Shown in pieces: positions 58,176 through 64,000 of a stretch of 64,000 bases of DNA. Position numbers and translations under genes: made by a program. Each line of letters starts with the position of its first letter. Within the stretch, counting starts at the first letter, position 1. Origin of the DNA: an uncultured cyanobacterium (lineage in GTDB: Bacteria > Cyanobacteriota > Cyanobacteriia > Cyanobacteriales > CAWUOF01); the NCBI GenBank assembly GCA_963744145.1, contig CAVUSO010000001.1, forward strand, positions 4,064,001 to 4,128,000, given 5' to 3'. The notes beneath the pieces were generated by a model that did not search any database, had not been told where the DNA came from, and saw only the letters and a program-made list of their open reading frames with translations.

Positions 58176-60461
58176 GTGACCGAGCTTGCTGTTCCAGATT
58201 TTTCCGCTTGGAATCAAAAAATCTATCAGCGTCTGAAAGTGGCTCTGAGTCTAGGTTTACGTCGGCAAATTTTTGTGGCTATTTGTGATGAGATCGGGGA
58301 AAGAAATCGTTTTTCTACTTGTTTACACAGAGATTTAGTTGTACCCAAGCGCGATCGCCATCCGATCGCTCCATCGGAGGAACAACCAAACTTATATCCC
58401 CATTTCGTCAGTTTAGACTTGAATCTCAGTCATCCTCATCTGATTAACCAAATCTTGGGTTGGATTACAGTCCATCCTCCACCTCTAATTCATACTGGGT
58501 CTGTTCCATCTAAACGTCGCAAATCTTTACCCTCCTTTGAGATTTTAGGTGTGGAACTATTAACCCATCAACCTGCTCAGGTGCAGTATTTATTTCTCAA
58601 ATATCTCCAAGCTATTCCTCTGGAACTAGAAATGGTAGAGTTTAGCTTTTTAATTTGGCTCTCGCGTCCTTGGGTACATACAATTCAGCAATCTGCACCA
58701 AATTTTTGGCGTTGTTGTACTGGTATATTTCCGTTTCAAGAAAACCTAGCGGTGGAACCGGAAAATTTTGTCCCAGAAAACTCAGAAACTAAGGTTAGTA
58801 AGAAAGTGTTGGAAAATCAACTACTCACTGGTTCAGACTCTAGTCCTTTGGTTTGGAATGGCATAGCATCTGCTATCCCTTTTTCATTAAATCAAGAAAT
58901 TCGACCGTCAAACTCAATTCGGTTAACTTTTCCAAAAAATCAACCTGATCAGCAAGAATCTAGCTCTATTTGGGGCATTTCTCCTCTGCAACTTAAGAGT
59001 GTAGCTGCACTTGATGCTGATCAAATTCCGGTGGTTTCATCAAATATCACTAGACAGTTTAATTCTACCAAATTCTTGGCTGAAAATTTGAGCAATAGAA
59101 CTCAGGCTAATCTAGCTAATTTAACTTCTAAGACTAGCACAGAAGCACCGACAGAAACTTTACCAGTAATTTCTCAGGTTTTATTACCTGACTCACCAAT
59201 AGTTTCTCCCTGTCCAGCAACTTCACTGACAGGAATTAAGGAATATATCGATCGCTTACATCGGGAATCAAGTCCACCAACAGCGCTATTAACAGCTTAT
59301 CGCACTCTGGGTGATTTCTGGCGCGATCGCATTGAAGCTGGGGAAGACTCTATTGATAATTTACTCCATGCAATCCGTGCTTATGAACAGGTGTTAGTAT
59401 TTCTAGAGCCAGATTCTACTCTCTGGGCAGATATTTTAAATGATCTGGGTAATCTTTACTGGATGTTATCTCGGATTGCTGGTAATTCTGACCAAATTAT
59501 TGCTTATTTAGATCAAGGAATTCAAGCTTATCAAAGTGCTTTAAGAAATCTTGATCCGCAAACTGCTGCTGCTGCTTATGTGCGGTTACAAAGTAATTTA
59601 GGATCAGCAGCGGTCGATTTAGCCCACTATCGCAATCCGACTGAAAATTTTCGGAAATCTATCCATAGTTTTGAACAAGCACTTTTATATCGTCCAGTGG
59701 AGCATGAAGACGATCGCACCCAGGATGCAGCTATTCACAATAATTTAGGTACTGCTTATTGGCATTTAGCTCAATATCAAACACCGAGTGAACATCTGAA
59801 ACAGGCGATCGCTGCTTATCAACAAGCACTCGAATTATATCAGCAAGAACCAGATTATCTTAATTACGCAATGGTGCAAAATAATTTAGGTACTGCTTAC
59901 TGGAATTTAGCTCAATATGAGGAAACTGAAGAATTATTATGGCAAGCAATTGATCATTATTCCCTAGCTCTAAAATATCGTACTCCTGAAGTAGTTCCTA
60001 GTGCGAGTGCGGCAACTTTTAATAATTTAGGTATTGCTTTTTGGCATCTAGCTAATCATTATAAAAGTCAGATGGAAATCCGACTGAAGTTTTTAGAAAA
60101 AGCGATCGAGGCTTATGAAAAAACCTTGAATATTGCCAGTAATTTGCCTAATCATATTTTACTGACTTTTGATTTATTTACTACCCATAGTAACTTAGGA
60201 ATTGCCCATTATCAAATTGCAACCGAAGCTAATTCTACTTTAGCAGATGCGACTAAATCTAGCCATTTAGAAGCAGCACTATTCCAACATGTACAAGCTT
60301 ATATGGGTTGGAAACAAAAACCAGAATTCCATGAAAATGCTCTGAAATATTTAGTGCAAACAATTCGAGCTTTTTATCAACTCTTTAGTTTACCAGGACA
60401 AAATCTAGCTCTTTCTAAAATTCCGGCTCAATTATTACCAGAAATCCTCCCAAAATTGTGA
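58176..60461 (+). CDS. Tetratricopeptide-repeat protein
   Basis: Repeated NNLGTAYW..AI..Y..AL units. Confidence 0.85.
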   Translation: MTELAVPDFSAWNQKIYQRLKVALSLGLRRQIFVAICDEIGERNRFSTCLHRDLVVPKRDRHPIAPSEEQPNLYPHFVSLDLNLSHPHLINQILGWITVHPPPLIHTGSVPSKRRKSLPSFEILGVELLTHQPAQVQYLFLKYLQAIPLELEMVEFSFLIWLSRPWVHTIQQSAPNFWRCCTGIFPFQENLAVEPENFVPENSETKVSKKVLENQLLTGSDSSPLVWNGIASAIPFSLNQEIRPSNSIRLTFPKNQPDQQESSSIWGISPLQLKSVAALDADQIPVVSSNITRQFNSTKFLAENLSNRTQANLANLTSKTSTEAPTETLPVISQVLLPDSPIVSPCPATSLTGIKEYIDRLHRESSPPTALLTAYRTLGDFWRDRIEAGEDSIDNLLHAIRAYEQVLVFLEPDSTLWADILNDLGNLYWMLSRIAGNSDQIIAYLDQGIQAYQSALRNLDPQTAAAAYVRLQSNLGSAAVDLAHYRNPTENFRKSIHSFEQALLYRPVEHEDDRTQDAAIHNNLGTAYWHLAQYQTPSEHLKQAIAAYQQALELYQQEPDYLNYAMVQNNLGTAYWNLAQYEETEELLWQAIDHYSLALKYRTPEVVPSASAATFNNLGIAFWHLANHYKSQMEIRLKFLEKAIEAYEKTLNIASNLPNHILLTFDLFTTHSNLGIAHYQIATEANSTLADATKSSHLEAALFQHVQAYMGWKQKPEFHENALKYLVQTIRAFYQLFSLPGQNLALSKIPAQLLPEILPKL

Positions 60462-60466
60462 TTTTT

Positions 60467-63400
60467 TTAGCTTCCATGACAGTTAAATAACTGTAATTGG
60501 AAACTATGGGGAACTATTCCTTCCGGATTAGTAGTCAGAACTATTCTACCTCGCTCATCGACCATCCAACCTTGAGCTTCGATAATTTGAGTGGGGATGT
60601 GAGCATGAACAACTTTTTGGGAATTGTGCTGTAGTTGAGATGTTGCTGAAGATACAGCGATCGCTGCTAAATCTACTAATATTGCTGGGTCATTCAAAGT
60701 CTGATGAGGATTTGATGGTAATCCTCCTTTACCAGTAAAATAAAATTGACTGACTCGCGCTTTTTGACAACTATTAGTAATTAAAGAATTGACATCAACT
60801 ACCTTTTGGGTGAGAGCAACTAAACCTTTACTCGGATCAAGATCAGGAGTTTTAATTGCGACTGTCCCATTAATACCAAATTCAGAACTAGCAGTAATAT
60901 TAGTTTCAGGAGATTGAAAAATACCTTGAGTAGCAATTGCAATATTACCACCCTGTCCTTTAACCGCGTTAGCGGTAATATTACTATTTTCTAACAGCAC
61001 TAAATTATCAGAATTAATCCCAATATTACCACCAGTAGCTGTCCCAGTAGCATTAGTAGTAATATTACTTGCATGACGTAAAAATATATTAGCAGCATCC
61101 AAGGTAATATTACCTTGAGATCCGGTTGCAGTATTAGCGTTCAAACTCCCATTATCATCTAAATTAATCTGATTAGCATTTACTTGTAAATTACCCGCAC
61201 CTGGGGAATTTGCACCAGCACTAACATTGACAATTCCACCATTTTGAACAATCAATTTACCAACATTTAAGATTAAATTACCAGCCATACCTGCACCAGT
61301 AGAAGCAACAGATAAACGACTGTTTAAATTTCCATTACTAGAAATACCACTGACTTCCAAGTATGGTGAAGTGATAGTAACAGTACCAGCATTTCCAGCA
61401 CCAGAAGTACCAGCAGTTAGATCAGCACCAGCTTGTACTGCTACGCGATCGCTAACAATAGTTAAATTACCACCTTTACCTGTACCTGTAGAAGCAACTT
61501 GTGCAAATAGGGTACTAGAAGACTTTCCATCGGGAGAAACACCAGATAATTCTACATCTTTAGCATTTACTATTAAACTACCACCATCTCCCATCCCAAA
61601 TGTACCGACAGATATAGCAGCTCCATCAGTGAGGTGCAAAAGATCGGTGACAATAGTTAAATTACCACCCTTACCAGTCGCATTAGGATTAACTTGAGTA
61701 GTCAAACCACCTGGAAAAATACCATTAGGTGAAATCCCGGTTAGTTCGATATCATGAGCTTTGACATTTATATTACCTGCATTTCCTGAACTGATCGTGC
61801 TAGCTGAAACTTCTGCACCACCTTCAATTCGTAATAGATTAGTTTCTACCATAATATTTCCACCTTGACCAGTACCATCTTGACCAATCTGACTAAATAA
61901 TCCACTCGGATAAGACATGGTAGTTACTTGAACAGGATTAGTGGGGGATGGTCCATTGACAGTCTCGGTAACACTGGTGGAAGTGATTGCTTCAGTAGAT
62001 TTACCAATCAAATCGATTTCATTAGCATTGATTGCGATCGTTCCTCCAACGCTATTTCCTATATTACTAGCAGATATTTCGGCTCCATCTTCCAGTCGTA
62101 AAGTTTGAGTATTAATCGTTATATTACCACCTTGACCTGTTGCTAGTGAACCTATTTCTGTATCCAATCCACTTGCTGAACTCAGATCAACAAATCTACC
62201 AGTTAAGTCGATTGTACCTGAGTTAATAATAATGTTAGAACCATTACCACTACCATTAACTGATGCGGATATTTTTGCTCCACCTGCAATCTGTAAGCTT
62301 CCTGTATTTCCTGTATTGATCGTAACATTCCCACCGTTTCCCGTAGCATCTAGATCGACTAAAGAATAGATTCCACTGCGATAATTCCCATTACTTGATT
62401 CACCACTTAATTGAATATTATTAGCTGTAACTGTTAAATTACCTGCATTTCCTGCACTATTAGTGGTATCTGAGATCGCTCCTCCATCAATAATTTGTAA
62501 ATTTTGAGTATTAATGGTTAAATTACCTGCATTTCCGGTTGCTCCTGATGCGGTTACGGAAGAGATGAGACTAGGAAAAGCATCATTAATTGTTTCAGTA
62601 CTACTTATTTTTATAGTTGGAGAATTAATCGTTAAATCACCAGCATTACCTAGACCTAAAGTATTAGTGATAATTCCACCTCCATCAGCAATTTGTAAGT
62701 TAGCAGTCTGAACTATTATATTAGCACCATTACCTGTAGCATTAGGATAAACATCAGCAATTAAACCACTAGAAATTGCGTTACTATCTGTAGTTGTACC
62801 TGTGACCGTGAAACTTTGCGGAGCCGAGATAGAAATATTACCCCCAGAAACAGATCCCAAGGTATTAGCAATCAAAATTGAGCCATCATTAAGAGCGACT
62901 TGGTTACCTTGCAAATGAATATTACCACTACCATTACCACTAACCTCAAGAGACGCAGCACTATTCAGGGTAATATTGCCATAAGTAGTAGTTGTATCCT
63001 GGGGATTAAGAATAATTTCGCCGTTATTATTTAACGATAGAGATAACTGACTATTGCTGACTGACCAAAGTTCAATTCTCCCTGATGGTGCGGTGAGATT
63101 AGCACCCGTCAGAGTAATATCACCTCCAGCCAGAGTTAAAGTTTTCCCTGGTGCTACCATTAAACCAGCAGGTCGATGATCTTCATTCAGTAAATTGGTT
63201 TGGGGATCTACACTGAGGTTATGTCCCGCTCCCTGGAGGAGGATACTACCTGGATTAGACCCAAATTGCAAGCCGATCGGTACATTGATCGATAATAAGG
63301 GAGTTGTGCTAGGATTGAGGGTATTAAATTCGCTGCCATCAGCAAATTTGATGCTATTAGCAGTAGTACCAAGAAAAGAACCACCAATATTTAAAGCCGC

Positions 63401-63775
63401 ATTAGGACCAAAAATAATTCCATTCGGATTGAGTAAAAAGAGGTTAGCAGTACCATTAGCTTTTAGCACACCATCTAGATTAGAAAGAGAGCTACCAGTA
63501 ACACGAGTAATGATATTTTGAATATTTAGGGAATTATTAAAAAAAGCTGTGTCACCGGTCGGGACAGAAAATTGACTAAAACTATGAAAAAGATTACTAC
63601 CCGCTTGACTACCACCAGAAATTATATGGATATTATTTTGTTGAGTAACAATTGAATTAATGGGTAGAGTAGCATCAGGGATAATCTGGGCACAAGCGAT
63701 TTGGGTGATAATGTTCTCAGTCATTGGCAACATAACGATCAGACTAGCGAGCGAAATAAAATGATCAGATTTCAT
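60467..63775 (-). CDS. Filamentous haemagglutinin N-terminal-domain exoprotein
   Basis: QIIPDATL, NLFHSFSQF, NLFLLNPNGIIFG, G(N/Q)GG(N/T)I(T/N)I repeats, FYFTGKGGLP and IIEAQGW. Confidence 0.92.
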   Translation of the reverse strand: MKSDHFISLASLIVMLPMTENIITQIACAQIIPDATLPINSIVTQQNNIHIISGGSQAGSNLFHSFSQFSVPTGDTAFFNNSLNIQNIITRVTGSSLSNLDGVLKANGTANLFLLNPNGIIFGPNAALNIGGSFLGTTANSIKFADGSEFNTLNPSTTPLLSINVPIGLQFGSNPGSILLQGAGHNLSVDPQTNLLNEDHRPAGLMVAPGKTLTLAGGDITLTGANLTAPSGRIELWSVSNSQLSLSLNNNGEIILNPQDTTTTYGNITLNSAASLEVSGNGSGNIHLQGNQVALNDGSILIANTLGSVSGGNISISAPQSFTVTGTTTDSNAISSGLIADVYPNATGNGANIIVQTANLQIADGGGIITNTLGLGNAGDLTINSPTIKISSTETINDAFPSLISSVTASGATGNAGNLTINTQNLQIIDGGAISDTTNSAGNAGNLTVTANNIQLSGESSNGNYRSGIYSLVDLDATGNGGNVTINTGNTGSLQIAGGAKISASVNGSGNGSNIIINSGTIDLTGRFVDLSSASGLDTEIGSLATGQGGNITINTQTLRLEDGAEISASNIGNSVGGTIAINANEIDLIGKSTEAITSTSVTETVNGPSPTNPVQVTTMSYPSGLFSQIGQDGTGQGGNIMVETNLLRIEGGAEVSASTISSGNAGNINVKAHDIELTGISPNGIFPGGLTTQVNPNATGKGGNLTIVTDLLHLTDGAAISVGTFGMGDGGSLIVNAKDVELSGVSPDGKSSSTLFAQVASTGTGKGGNLTIVSDRVAVQAGADLTAGTSGAGNAGTVTITSPYLEVSGISSNGNLNSRLSVASTGAGMAGNLILNVGKLIVQNGGIVNVSAGANSPGAGNLQVNANQINLDDNGSLNANTATGSQGNITLDAANIFLRHASNITTNATGTATGGNIGINSDNLVLLENSNITANAVKGQGGNIAIATQGIFQSPETNITASSEFGINGTVAIKTPDLDPSKGLVALTQKVVDVNSLITNSCQKARVSQFYFTGKGGLPSNPHQTLNDPAILVDLAAIAVSSATSQLQHNSQKVVHAHIPTQIIEAQGWMVDERGRIVLTTNPEGIVPHSFQLQLFNCHGS

Positions 63776-64000
63776 AATTTTCAGGAGAAAAAGAGTAAAA
63801 TAGTAGATGAGGTTTCACGCTTTGAGTTAGATGGGTGTTTGGCAAACGACAGCTAATTCAGGGAAAAACCATTAAATCTGGTTTTAATTAAAAACGATTT
63901 TTCTCGCGCCCTATTATTAGTAATATTTTTGGAATCATTGTGCTTGAACATTTGTTAAACGACGCGGATAGTTCTAACCCGGAGAAATTCTTTCCCTTTC

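Larger units (their letters stand above)
1..64000. repeat. HIP1 octamer GCGATCGC dispersed through the window
   Basis: Dozens of copies are visible (e.g. 1474, 9423, 33695, 44924). None was seen by eye inside iscB, tnpB or IS630. Confidence 0.9.

Noticed and set aside
7155..63521. Numerous short antisense ORFs in the track (e.g. 7444..7752, 53803..54360, 61371..61697)
   Set aside because: They are shadows of well-supported genes on the opposite strand and have no recognisable motifs.

Overview
This AT-rich chromosomal window is cyanobacterial: HIP1 octamers (GCGATCGC) are dense and it carries cpcT/cpeT, crtR, a pmgA-like gene and an SLH porin. Housekeeping genes (rnd, trpB, bioF, murG, hemW, pyk, tRNA-Glu, tRNA-Thr) flank two accessory zones. 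The first (~26-37 kb) holds a pentapeptide protein, a complete IscB/omegaRNA element, a PIN toxin-antitoxin pair, an ADP-ribosylglycohydrolase, a kinase-GUN4 protein and an unusual PspA/Vipp1-like protein. The second (~41.4-52.2 kb) holds two restriction-modification systems, a TnpB element interrupted by an IS630 element, and a decayed AbrB/VapC pair. The most notable observations are: (i) one 28-bp GTAG-type palindrome occurs four times, always inside the two RNA-guided nuclease elements, and the three exact copies are frame-preserving insertions in iscB and tnpB; (ii) a 24-nt mini-repeat forms a balanced self-nested array of five copies after tRNA-Glu and also sits in-frame in a gene; (iii) a ScaI-type C-R-M cassette is bracketed by a 31-bp HIP1-anchored direct repeat; (iv) both OMEGA elements have reconstructable empty sites that predict guide and TAM; (v) a PspA/ESCRT-III-like protein carries a ~125-aa duplicated glycine-zipper insert. 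No CRISPR array or reverse transcriptase was seen. All family calls come from motif recognition by eye; no searches were run.
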